A DNA stretch of 64,000 nucleotides from Candidatus Gastranaerophilales bacterium (GCA_944325065.1 CALUYS010000001.1:35439-99438); one strand, 5' to 3'. Counted from the first letter of the stretch, positions 25,621-35,087 are shown. Translations and numbers: made by a program. Notes: generated by a model from the sequence alone, not told the origin.

Positions 25621-27407
25621 TTAATCAAAGCAAGAATTAAAAACATTATCAAGAGAAACATCGTTTTGTTGGTATTTTTTCTCAAAATTATTAGTTATCT
25701 CTTCTTGGTTAATAGTTTGTGACGTTTTATAATATGTGTCGACTTTATAATATGTATAAGTGTTGTTATTATTTTTAAATCTCAAATAGTTCCAAGCATG
25801 TCCCCCATTATCAATAGCACATGCTTGGAGATTTTCTAATTCTGAATTATTTATTAAGTGGTTAACAAGTGTAGCCATATGTCGACAAACACCCAAACCA
25901 TAAACTAAACCTACCATGTTATCATCAAAAACATTACATTCTTTTTCTCGTTCTATTTCACCTAATAAACAATGTTGTAATAAATTATCATTATCCTTGG
26001 GATAAAATTCATTAATTGTCTCTTGTAAACTTTGTATAATATTTTCTGGTGTTCTATTATTAGCAATTTTATTTTTAAAGCATTCTAAAGCTTTATTTTT
26101 TTGTTTATCAATTTCTTGTTTTATAGTATTATTATTTATAATATTTAAAATACTTTTTATATGTGATATATTTCCTTTGTGTTGAGATAATAAACGAACA
26201 ATTTCTTCTTGTTTACTTTTAAATGGTATATTTTGATTTAAATAATTTTTAAATTTTTCTTGTTCTTCAATTCCTAATTCAATTGATGATGTTTTTTTTT
26301 TATTGGTTCAGTATTTTGTGATATTTTATAACTATTATTATTAAAATCGAAAATATGTGTTTTATCACTAGTTCTATAAACTAATTTATAATCATCTAAA
26401 GTATAATTTTTTAATTTATCATTATCTATTAAATTTTTTATTAATGTAATTATTTTATTTTTAGTAATAATTTCATATTGCAATAACGCATCATCAACTT
26501 TTTTATCAGAATTATTTAAATTTTTGAAAGTTAGTTCTTGAAGATATGTCATTACTTGACTAGGATCATTAGGTGTTTCCATTCTTAAAAGAGGAGCAGT
26601 TATATTGTTTTCTAAAGATAAAATTTCTTGCTCATTTCTTTTTGTATTATTCAATATTGTTTTTAGTATTTTATCAATATTATTATTATCATTTTCATGA
26701 ACTTCTAATAACGTTTCTATAAATTCTTTTTTATAGTCAGTTGAAGCACTACTTTGTAAAATCTTTTTTAAACTTTTATTGTTTTTTTCAAAATCTTTTG
26801 AAAGTTTGCTTTTTGCTTCTAATAAATTCTTATTTGCATTTAAGGTATTACAAATTTCATCAAACCCCTCTACACCATTAAAAAAATCTTGAGTAAAATT
26901 AATATAATTATTTAAATATTGAATACGTTCGGCAATTTTCATATTTTTGCATTCTATTATTTTTTTAAAATGTGCATTAATACAATCAATAATTTTAATT
27001 GATATTTCTTCTTCTGGTTCTTTTTTTAATAAACTATTTAATTCTTCAATATTTTTTGCAAGTTGTTTATGATCAATTTTTGGCTCATTTAAACATTTAA
27101 CATAGTCATCAATGGATTTTTCTTTGATTTTTGGAAGTTTTTCTTTTATTTCTTCATTATTAAATGTTTTTTTAATTTTTTTACCGTTAAAGTAACAAAC
27201 ACCTGTAACTATAGCTAAACCCAAAGTACAAGCACTTGCTATTATCCAATTACGTTTTGTTTTTGATGATTTTTTTTCATCTTTATTTCTTAAAGAAATA
27301 TATTCATCATTTGAAATACCAAACTTTATATGTTTATTTTGTTGACATATATTGTTAGTATTAATGTTATTATTATTATTATTTATACTATTTACATTCA
27401 TATACAT
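25621..27407 (-). pseudogene. Membrane-anchored protein with C-terminal transglutaminase-like Cys-His-Asp domain, split by a frameshift at an A10 run (T10 at 26292-26301 on the plus strand)
   Basis: ORF 26274-27407 (TM segment WIIASACTLGLAIVTGVCYF) stops just after the run. My hand translation shows a second frame open without an ATG from 26307 down to 25621. That frame ends in GLGVCRHMA..GGHAWNYL..VDTYY. Adding one A fuses the two frames. Confidence 0.65.
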
Positions 27408-27847
27408 TAATATAAAAGTACGTCAAAAAAAAAATTAACGTACTTTTAAATAAAATTAATAAAAATTTACAATAGTTATTATGTATTACATTTTTTATTA
27501 TTTTTACTTTCAATCCAAACATAAGTTTGATTAAAAGCATTATTAAATGGGTTATATCTAAAATTTTTATTTGTAAAAGGATTACTAGCTTTACAATCAA
27601 AATTAATGATTTTATTCAAAATTACTTTAAAATATTTATATAAATTCATAAAATTAAAAACTTCCACTTTAAATTACAAATTTATTATGCATTTTTTTTC
27701 AAGTAATATAATTAGACAAATGGGTTAAATTTAATTTTTCAAAAGCATAATTTTTAAATTTATAATAAATAGAGAGAAAAATAATAGTTGCAATATATAA
27801 AAAAAAGCTGTATACTTAACATAGGTTTTAAATAGGGAGATTAGGAC

Positions 27848-28180
27848 TTGGTTGATAACAGTTCATCTTTTAAGAACGTTGGTACCTCGGGAATCAATTT
27901 TAAGGATGCACAAAGTAATGCAGGTAAGTTAAATGATGAAAAAATGGGATCAGAAGCACAATATTATTCACAAGAACAGGAGGAAGAAAATAACGAAGAA
28001 AATATAGAGCAAAAGTCACCTTACGTAGATAGAAGTGCACAATTGAATGCTTCGTTAAACTCACTTGCTATGATGAATGTTATTAAAGTATTAAAAAAAG
28101 GTAAAGATAAAGAAAAATTTTTAAGAGAATTTGATTTTAGAAAGGAAGAAGTAAAAAGTGTTGAAAGTGATGAAGAATAA
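27848..28180 (+). CDS. Small acidic hypothetical protein (TTG start)
   Basis: 110 aa, with GGGAGA 7 nt upstream of the TTG. Glu-rich. Overlaps the start of the SLH gene. Confidence 0.45.
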   Translation: MVDNSSSFKNVGTSGINFKDAQSNAGKLNDEKMGSEAQYYSQEQEEENNEENIEQKSPYVDRSAQLNASLNSLAMMNVIKVLKKGKDKEKFLREFDFRKEEVKSVESDEE

Positions 28181-29324
28181 TTTAAGAAAAATTTTATTGT
28201 CTTTTTTTATTTTTTTTGTAAGCTCATTGTTTATTAATGTATATGCATTTAATGATATGGATAAAACACATTGGGCTTATAATTATATAAATCAACTTGA
28301 AAAAGATGGTGTTGTTGTAGGATATCCAGATGGTAATTATCGTCCAGAACAATTTGTAACACGTGCTGAGTTTGCAACAATGGTTGTAAAGGCATTAAAT
28401 CAAGGTAATTATGAGGTTAGTGAAATAACAAATTTTTCAGATGTTGATACTGGTTTTTGGGGATATGATAATATTCAAAGAGCTGTATATTTAGATGTTA
28501 TGAAAGGTTTGCCAAATGGTACATTTTTACCTCAAAACCATATATCAAAAGCTCAAGCAATAGCAATTGTTGTAAGCTCTTTAAAGACTGATGATATGAC
28601 TGAAAGTGAAGCTAAAAGTATTTTAAATAATTCATATTCGGATGTTGAAAATGTTGAAAGTTGGGCTTTAATTCCAACTGGAAAAGCTAAAAGTATGGGA
28701 CTTATTGTTGATGTGCCAGGTTTTGATGGCAAATTAGCACTTAATGAGAATGCTACTCGAGCTGAGTTGGCTGCATATTTATCCAATATGATAGAATGGA
28801 CAAAAAAAATCCCAAATGAAAAAATTGAAGAAACTATGAAACGCAAAGCTGATAATGGGTATGTTGTTCAAGGTGTACAGTTTGATGGTAAATATGCTAT
28901 TATTCCAAAAGGTACTTTATTACCTGTGGCAATGAATCAAAAGGTTTCTACACAAACATTTAAAAATACCCAAGAACTTGGTGGATATTTACCTCAAAAT
29001 ATTATAAGTGAAGATTATTACCTTTTACTTGATGAAAAGTCTCAAATATATGGTCAATCACTTCAAGTTAAAAAAGCTTGGTTATTTATAAGAAATGGAA
29101 AACTTGTTATTGAAACACGCAATATAAGAACCCCAATCCCACAAGTTTCATATTTTTGGGCTTTATCTGAACAATATCCTACCTATAAGTCAAGCTTTAC
29201 TGAATTTTTAAGAAAAATATTTAAAGGAGCTAAAATAGAAGTTCAAAAAGATGAAGTTATAAATGTTAAACTCTTAGAAGATATTCGTATTGATTTAACA
29301 ACAGGGAAAATTGTTCATTATTAA
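28170..29324 (+). CDS. Secreted protein with three N-terminal SLH domains and an unrecognised C-terminal domain
   Basis: Signal peptide MKNNLRKILLSFFIFFVSSLFINVYA. Three SLH-like repeats: FNDMDKTHWAYNYINQL..VTRAEFATMVVKAL, FSDVDTGFWGYDNIQ..ISKAQAIAIVVSSL, YSDVENVESWALIPTGKA..ATRAELAAYLSNMI. Confidence 0.75.
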   Translation: MKNNLRKILLSFFIFFVSSLFINVYAFNDMDKTHWAYNYINQLEKDGVVVGYPDGNYRPEQFVTRAEFATMVVKALNQGNYEVSEITNFSDVDTGFWGYDNIQRAVYLDVMKGLPNGTFLPQNHISKAQAIAIVVSSLKTDDMTESEAKSILNNSYSDVENVESWALIPTGKAKSMGLIVDVPGFDGKLALNENATRAELAAYLSNMIEWTKKIPNEKIEETMKRKADNGYVVQGVQFDGKYAIIPKGTLLPVAMNQKVSTQTFKNTQELGGYLPQNIISEDYYLLLDEKSQIYGQSLQVKKAWLFIRNGKLVIETRNIRTPIPQVSYFWALSEQYPTYKSSFTEFLRKIFKGAKIEVQKDEVINVKLLEDIRIDLTTGKIVHY

Positions 29325-29344
29325 AAAAGATAAGTTACAAAAAA

Positions 29345-30342
29345 AGAATTCCACTATAAAAACTAGACAAAATAAAAAGGATGTATAAAGAAACAATTAA
29401 TAAATGACTTCTGTTTTGTGCAGAAGTCATTTTATTGCTAATCTATGGATACCTTTTATTGTTATAATATTTCATATATTTATCTATTTTTCTTAACAAC
29501 TTCTTTAAAAGTTTGACGATTTTTGTAATTAATCTTATCTTTATAATGTCACAAAAAGCTTTCTATAAGAATATTATCTATGCAATTCCATTTTCTAGGC
29601 ATTGATTAAAAATATTATTGTCTTTAATATTTGTATAAATTGTATGTTCTTACATGTTTTCCATAACATATTTGCCAAAATTTCATTTATAAACGAGAGT
29701 TTTAGTATTATATTTATTTATTTATTTATTAATCTTTTAATTGTCTTACAATTCATTATTATTTCAATTTTGTATTAATAATAACAATTGCGATTAAGTT
29801 TGAAACAATCAGAACGAAAGAAGATACTTAATGATGGTTGGATATAAAATCAATAAATTCAAATTTTTAAGTTAAATCTTTTAAAATCCTGTCTTGGTAA
29901 TTTTTTAGAGATTCTACCTATTGTTTGAGAGTTTCATTTTTTATTCGAGATTTGGCAATTTTTCTTCTAGTATAAAAGTTGTATTTCTTTGTTATCTATT
30001 ATTTCCAAGTCATATATTTTCTTTTAAGATTCTTTATATTTCAATGGGAGTAACATTAATTTGTTTTTAACGATACTCAAAGAATGTTATGGTTGTTCTC
30101 GCCCTAAGATATTTAAATCTATTTCTGCTTCAATAAATATTTTCAATAGAAATTTCCCTGTCAAGTATTCACAAATTGCAAAAACTTTAAATTCTTTTAA
30201 ATATATAGCACTTAAAGTTGCAACTTATACCACTACTTTTGATGAAGAAAATAAAGTTTTCTTTTCATTTTGCCTCCTTATTTATTTAAAACCTTAAAAC
30301 CGACTTTTTTTACTTTGTCTAGTTTTAGGGTTGGAGTTCACA
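29345..30342 (-). mobile_element. Decayed IS3-family insertion sequence (OrfA/OrfB remnants with many stops and frameshifts, imperfect terminal inverted repeats)
   Basis: Minus-strand hand translation gives AAGGAGG-ATG MKRKLYF.. (OrfA-like start near 30270). Near 29600-29420 it gives ..IFNQ / SMPRKWNCIDNILIESF / ..IDKYMKYYNNKRYP..MTSAQNRS, matching the IS3 OrfB C-terminal pattern (SRKGNCxDNAxxESFF...YYNxxR). The ends share GAAyTCCA....AAAACTAGACAAA (29345-29372 versus the reverse complement of 30312-30342). Confidence 0.7.
29402..29432 (+). terminator. 12 bp hairpin downstream of the SLH gene (lies inside the IS relic)
   Basis: AAATGACTTCTG (29402-29413) pairs with CAGAAGTCATTT (29421-29432); the T-tract is weak. 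Confidence 0.35.
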
Positions 30343-30357
30343 AATTTAGATCTTTTT

Positions 30358-31230
30358 TTATTTATATCTATTTTCTAAATTAGCTTCAAATTCTTTAAGT
30401 GTTTTATCTCCAACAAGTTTTTCTAATGAACTTCTTTTTAGTACAAAATCAGATTTAGCTTTTTCATAATTATCGCATGCAGTTTTATAATATGCATCAG
30501 CTATTAAAATATGAGATTTATCATTTAATTTTATTGCATAATTATAACGTTTATTGCGATACTCAAGTGTAGAATTTGAAAGTTTTAGTTGATTGTAAGC
30601 TCCCATATAATCAAAATAATTTTTAGCAAGTTTTTTTTGAAGCTCGTCAATTTTTCTCATTAAAACAATCATATCAGCATCAGTTACTTTTGTATATTTA
30701 TAATTTAAATCATTATCAGTAATGCTTAACTGACCAAGTAGAGCACCAGATGCTATTGCAGCAGTTGAAATAAAAGGATCACCAAGTCCCATTCCAGCAA
30801 TTGATGTAAAACTTGCAAGTGGTTTTATTATTTTTTTTACCATAGTATCATCTTGTTTTCCTCCATCTGGATTGGAAAGTTTATAAATGGCATATTTTAT
30901 TGATTCACTTAAAGATGCTGCTCCATTCCATAATAATTGTAAATCACTTGTAATATCACTTTGATTATCATTAAGGTCATAAGTAATTTCATTTGATATA
31001 TTTTTTAAAGACAATTTTGTCCAATCAATCTGGTGAGTTCTTGTTATTTTACCATGTAATTCTTTTAATTTTGTGTTTTCAATTTTTTTATAACGACTTT
31101 CAATTTTATCATTTGTCCCAACACGATAAAAATTTGGTTTAATAACTTCTATATCATCCAAAACGACTTGTGTTTGAACTTTATTAATGTTTAATAATAA
31201 AACTATAAGTAATATTAATTTTTTAGTCAT
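30358..31230 (-). CDS. Secreted hypothetical protein, paralog A (coiled-coil-rich, central Gly/Ala/Ser hydrophobic segment)
   Basis: 290 aa with a signal peptide. Clearly paralogous to the next gene (LQLLWNGAASLSESIKYAIYKL vs IEILWNATVERNEVIKFALQKI; SSLEKLVGDK vs YNLQRLAGNK). Confidence 0.7.
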   Translation of the reverse strand: MTKKLILLIVLLLNINKVQTQVVLDDIEVIKPNFYRVGTNDKIESRYKKIENTKLKELHGKITRTHQIDWTKLSLKNISNEITYDLNDNQSDITSDLQLLWNGAASLSESIKYAIYKLSNPDGGKQDDTMVKKIIKPLASFTSIAGMGLGDPFISTAAIASGALLGQLSITDNDLNYKYTKVTDADMIVLMRKIDELQKKLAKNYFDYMGAYNQLKLSNSTLEYRNKRYNYAIKLNDKSHILIADAYYKTACDNYEKAKSDFVLKRSSLEKLVGDKTLKEFEANLENRYK

Positions 31231-31242
31231 TTGTGGAATCCT

Positions 31243-32073
31243 TTATATTTTTTCAAAAATTTCAGTATTAAACTTATACTGATATAAATTAAGCTTACTT
31301 ATTGCCTTATTGCCAGCTAATCTTTGTAAATTATACTGATACACTTTTGCATTATTTAATAATTTAGTTTCTTCAATTAATAAATCATCATACAAAGAAG
31401 AAGATATTGTAATTTCAATTTCATCTTTATTTTTAATAGCATTATGATAATTTTTATTATAAAGAAGTAATTTTTCTCTTAACCGCATAAGTTGTTGAAG
31501 AGTAATTTTGTAATTATAGTAATTTGAAACAATATCATCTTGTAAAGTTTCAATCATTGAAGCAAGTTCAATAAGTTCTGTATCCGTTAAGGTAGATTCT
31601 TTTGGCATAGCATCACGATTTATAAAATTTTGAGCTAAACGACCAGTAGCAAAAGAAGCCGATTGGATTAATGAATTTGACCCCATAAGAGATGGAAGAT
31701 AAGCAGCACCTGTAATTAATGCACTAACAGTTTTAGCCATTAACGATGATTGCATCCTATGTTGTGACTGAGGAGTCATTATTTTTTGTAAAGCAAACTT
31801 AATGACTTCATTTCTTTCAACTGTTGCATTCCACAAAATTTCGATATCTTCAAAATCTTTATTTTTTTGTAATTCAATAAGTTCATTTAACTTATCATCG
31901 TTTATATTCAATTTTAAAGTATCAGTCGATTTTTTTAAGCTTTCATTATATTTAATTTTATGAGTTTCTACATTATTTAATATTATTTCTTGAGCTAAAG
32001 CAAAACTATTAAAATATATAAGGTTTAAAATTAAAGGTAATAACAGTAATTTTTTAAAACAAAAAGCTTTCAT
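31243..32073 (-). CDS. Secreted hypothetical protein, paralog B
   Basis: 276 aa with a signal peptide. See paralog A. Confidence 0.7.
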   Translation of the reverse strand: MKAFCFKKLLLLPLILNLIYFNSFALAQEIILNNVETHKIKYNESLKKSTDTLKLNINDDKLNELIELQKNKDFEDIEILWNATVERNEVIKFALQKIMTPQSQHRMQSSLMAKTVSALITGAAYLPSLMGSNSLIQSASFATGRLAQNFINRDAMPKESTLTDTELIELASMIETLQDDIVSNYYNYKITLQQLMRLREKLLLYNKNYHNAIKNKDEIEITISSSLYDDLLIEETKLLNNAKVYQYNLQRLAGNKAISKLNLYQYKFNTEIFEKI

Positions 32074-32116
32074 ATTCTAGTTATAGCATATAATTTATTG
32101 ACTATCAATTTATAAA

Positions 32117-32404
32117 TTATATCCTATTTTCCCAAACGCCGCCTTTACGGTCAACAACAGCATCATAACAACTCCAAATACGAAAAATACCTGTTAAACC
32201 AAGAAGAGCATGGCAACCACACTTTTCAGCTGGTTCATCATTCATAAGCTGTCCTATACCAGGCCATATAAGAAGAGATAAAGCACCTGCACCAATAGAT
32301 TTTGGAGTTACTTTACCATTACGACCGTGTGTCCCAGCAAATGACATATCTGCATTTAATAATAAAACTGTTAATAACATAGTTAAAGTGATTATTTTTT
32401 TCAT
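32117..32404 (-). CDS. Small secreted/membrane protein
   Basis: 95 aa with a signal peptide, then GAGALSLLIWPGIGQLMN and a hydrophobic, Cys-containing C-terminus. First gene of the three-gene minus-strand unit. Confidence 0.55.
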   Translation of the reverse strand: MKKIITLTMLLTVLLLNADMSFAGTHGRNGKVTPKSIGAGALSLLIWPGIGQLMNDEPAEKCGCHALLGLTGIFRIWSCYDAVVDRKGGVWENRI

Positions 32405-32460
32405 ATTCCCCTCGTAATTTTATTTATAATTATTAATTTTATATATAAATAATTATAAAA

Positions 32461-34065
32461 TCAAGTCAATTTTTTTATAATGTCCAATGAAGCAGCTTCG
32501 CCTGTTTGAAAAGCTGATATCTGAACTCTTATAGAACTTTGTGCTTCAAAATCAGCACTTAAACAACGACCGACAATATATAAATTTTTAAATTTTTTAG
32601 ATCTAATACTTTCAATCGGTAAAAAATAATTTATATTTTCTTTATGACAATCATAATTTTCACTATGAATGTCAAATGGGTAATTTGAAGAAAATACCTC
32701 ATTTTGAAATCGTCTTGAATTTAACATATCATCTTTTGTAAAAATGTATTCTCCTTCAATCATATTTGTAACTCGAACACCAAGAGAATTAGCTATTTCA
32801 CTAATATATGCATTTTTAAAGCCAGGAACATAGTTTTTACAGAATAAAAACAATTTATATAATCTCTGCCTACCTTCAATTAATGCAAGACTTTTATTTT
32901 TAATACTATCATGATTTTGATAAATTCTTGGACAATTAAAAGCAATTGCATTTTTACGATTAGCAACTGTAAAAATTTGAAAGTAGGCTAAATCTTTTTT
33001 TGTAAGTATATTTTTTTCAATAGCTTTTTTAAAAATCTTATAAAAAGACCATTTTTCTTTTGTATTATATGTATAAGCACTACTTAAATGAATATCGTGT
33101 TTAATTTTATATATTGGTTCATCAGTTTCAGATTTACGATATTTTTTAATATATTTAGCAAGTTTATTAATATCCACATTTTCAACAATAAATCTTAATG
33201 TTGAAAATTGTCGTTTATTTTTGTTGTTTATATTATTACATTTTGATATCATACTTAAAGCAGCATCTGCTGTAGCATCAATAAAATAGTGAGCTTCTAT
33301 TTTAAAACCTTTTATTGTATAATTTTTAATAATATCGCAATAGTTCTTATCGAGATATACTGATAAAAAATTGTTATTTTTCATTTCTTCATTTAATGAT
33401 GAATTTAAGTTAAGTTTATAATTCTTAGGAATTGTATAACTTATATCATTAAAGTATTGAGATAAATATATATTTAAGCATGTACAACAATTTGAATGAT
33501 AATCCTTATTATTTGTATTTATATTAAAATTTTTTATTAATTTAAGATTTTTATCTGTTATTTTATTATTATAAGTCGTATCGATATATAATGATAAAAT
33601 ATCATCTTCATTATTATAATTACAACAAGTGAAATCAGTTTCAAGGAGTTTAATATTTGTAACATCATAATTAGTAGGTATTATACTCACTGCAATTAAT
33701 TGATTTATTTTCTGATAAGAAGCATTAACAAGGGAATTATAAAATATTGTACAATTTACATCATTTAACATTTCCTCGAACACTATTTTACATAATTGTG
33801 GTTCCATCCAAAAATTATTATTATTCATTGGAAAGGTTATTTGAGCATTATATTTCTTCAGTTTAATTAATAAATCGTCTAAAAATATAGAATTTATATT
33901 TTCACCTGTTTTCATAGCTGGAATGACAAGAGATGATGTTATAGCCCCTCCTAAAAATGATTCTTTTTCAATAAGCAATGTTTTAAGACCATTTTTTGAA
34001 GCAATATATGCTGCAGCGATTCCTGAAACACCTCCTCCACAGACAATTACATCATATTTTTCCAT
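32461..34065 (-). CDS. FAD-dependent oxidoreductase with a long Asn-rich insertion
   Basis: The N-terminal YDVIVCGGGVSGIAAAYIASKNGLKTLLIEKESFLGG is a dinucleotide-binding fold. Overlaps the mnmD-like gene by 19 nt. Confidence 0.7.
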   Translation of the reverse strand: MEKYDVIVCGGGVSGIAAAYIASKNGLKTLLIEKESFLGGAITSSLVIPAMKTGENINSIFLDDLLIKLKKYNAQITFPMNNNNFWMEPQLCKIVFEEMLNDVNCTIFYNSLVNASYQKINQLIAVSIIPTNYDVTNIKLLETDFTCCNYNNEDDILSLYIDTTYNNKITDKNLKLIKNFNINTNNKDYHSNCCTCLNIYLSQYFNDISYTIPKNYKLNLNSSLNEEMKNNNFLSVYLDKNYCDIIKNYTIKGFKIEAHYFIDATADAALSMISKCNNINNKNKRQFSTLRFIVENVDINKLAKYIKKYRKSETDEPIYKIKHDIHLSSAYTYNTKEKWSFYKIFKKAIEKNILTKKDLAYFQIFTVANRKNAIAFNCPRIYQNHDSIKNKSLALIEGRQRLYKLFLFCKNYVPGFKNAYISEIANSLGVRVTNMIEGEYIFTKDDMLNSRRFQNEVFSSNYPFDIHSENYDCHKENINYFLPIESIRSKKFKNLYIVGRCLSADFEAQSSIRVQISAFQTGEAASLDIIKKLT

Positions 34066-35087
34066 TTTTTACTTCCTTTATATTTTTTTATATAACTACT
34101 TGTTGATTGTATATCATTGTTGTTTATATAAATTTCTCGATTATTAATAATTTCATTATCTTCTAAATTTAAACTTTTATCATGAAACATAACACCACAA
34201 CGAGTATTTAACAACCCCAATTCATATTCGTTTAGTGGGTATTTGATTAAATTATTATTTAATGAAGCAATTGTACCTATTATTTTGTTTTTTTTATTAT
34301 TTATAATATTGCCTAAAGCTAATCCATTATTGATTAATGTATTGCGATAGCTTGAAGATATAGAATATGTAATAAGTTTACTATTAAATGTCATATGTTC
34401 TTTTAATAATTTAATAAATTCAAATGTCCATAATTTGGGTGATTTTATTGGTGTAAATGCATCAAGATAAATAACATCAAAAGATTTATTAGTTTTTTTA
34501 ATAAATTGTCTTGCATCATCAATAATAAAGTCAATATTAATAGACTTTAATAATCTTATTAATGTACCATTTTTCGAACTATCTGATATATACTGATAAT
34601 ATATATTATGTAAGAATATATTTTTATTGCTGTTATATAAACTATTATCTAAATAATTATAATAGAGCTTGTTATTTATTATAGCTTTTATATAATTTAC
34701 AAAATCTTCTTGAAATTGATTCGCAATGAAAAAACACATTATGTCTTTAATAAAATTATCATACTGAGGCACTTTTACAAAAGGTGACAAAAAAACAAGA
34801 TTTTTATCAATTTCAATACTTGTTATATTTATTTTTTTTCCTCTATTATTATATTTTTTTACAAATTCGTTTATAACAGACTTTGTGTTATACCCAATTC
34901 CATAGCATATATCAAGTATATTTATTTCGTCCTTTTCCTTAAATAGTTCACTATACTCACTAGGCAAAATAAATTTTTCATAACTTTCACTATATGCTCC
35001 ACTTGAAGCATGATATATATCATCAACAATTTTATTATATAACCCCAATGAACCATCATCTGTAAATTTGAAATCAATATTTTTCAT
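34047..35087 (-). CDS. mnmD: MnmD/MnmC methyltransferase-domain (DUF752) protein, tRNA mnm5(s2)U34 methyltransferase-like
   Basis: FTDDGSLGLYN..IYHASSGAYSES, ILDICYGIGYN, and FDVIYLDAFTPIKSPKLWT, which matches the conserved D-x-x-x-L-D-x-F-x-P-x-K-x-P-x-x-W block of the MnmC methyltransferase domain. Confidence 0.7.
   Translation of the reverse strand: MKNIDFKFTDDGSLGLYNKIVDDIYHASSGAYSESYEKFILPSEYSELFKEKDEINILDICYGIGYNTKSVINEFVKKYNNRGKKINITSIEIDKNLVFLSPFVKVPQYDNFIKDIMCFFIANQFQEDFVNYIKAIINNKLYYNYLDNSLYNSNKNIFLHNIYYQYISDSSKNGTLIRLLKSINIDFIIDDARQFIKKTNKSFDVIYLDAFTPIKSPKLWTFEFIKLLKEHMTFNSKLITYSISSSYRNTLINNGLALGNIINNKKNKIIGTIASLNNNLIKYPLNEYELGLLNTRCGVMFHDKSLNLEDNEIINNREIYINNNDIQSTSSYIKKYKGSKKWKNMM

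Noticed and set aside
27414-27447. 10 bp hairpin (AAAAGTACGT / ACGTACTTTT) with an A10-containing loop, just upstream of the 27407 start codon.
   Set aside because: It is real as a sequence feature, but it has no T-tract for a terminator in either direction. With one copy I cannot assign a function. It is mentioned under the A10 frameshift finding only.
27388-27667. Two overlapping minus-strand ORFs (70 and 62 aa) in the 440 bp intergenic region upstream of the transglutaminase-like gene.
   Set aside because: There is no RBS and no recognisable motif, and the two are mutually overlapping. They are more likely promoter or leader DNA. I cannot exclude a small gene or a gene remnant.
30061-30297. 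78 aa plus-strand ORF.
   Set aside because: It lies inside the decayed IS3 element, antisense to the OrfA remnant, with no RBS.
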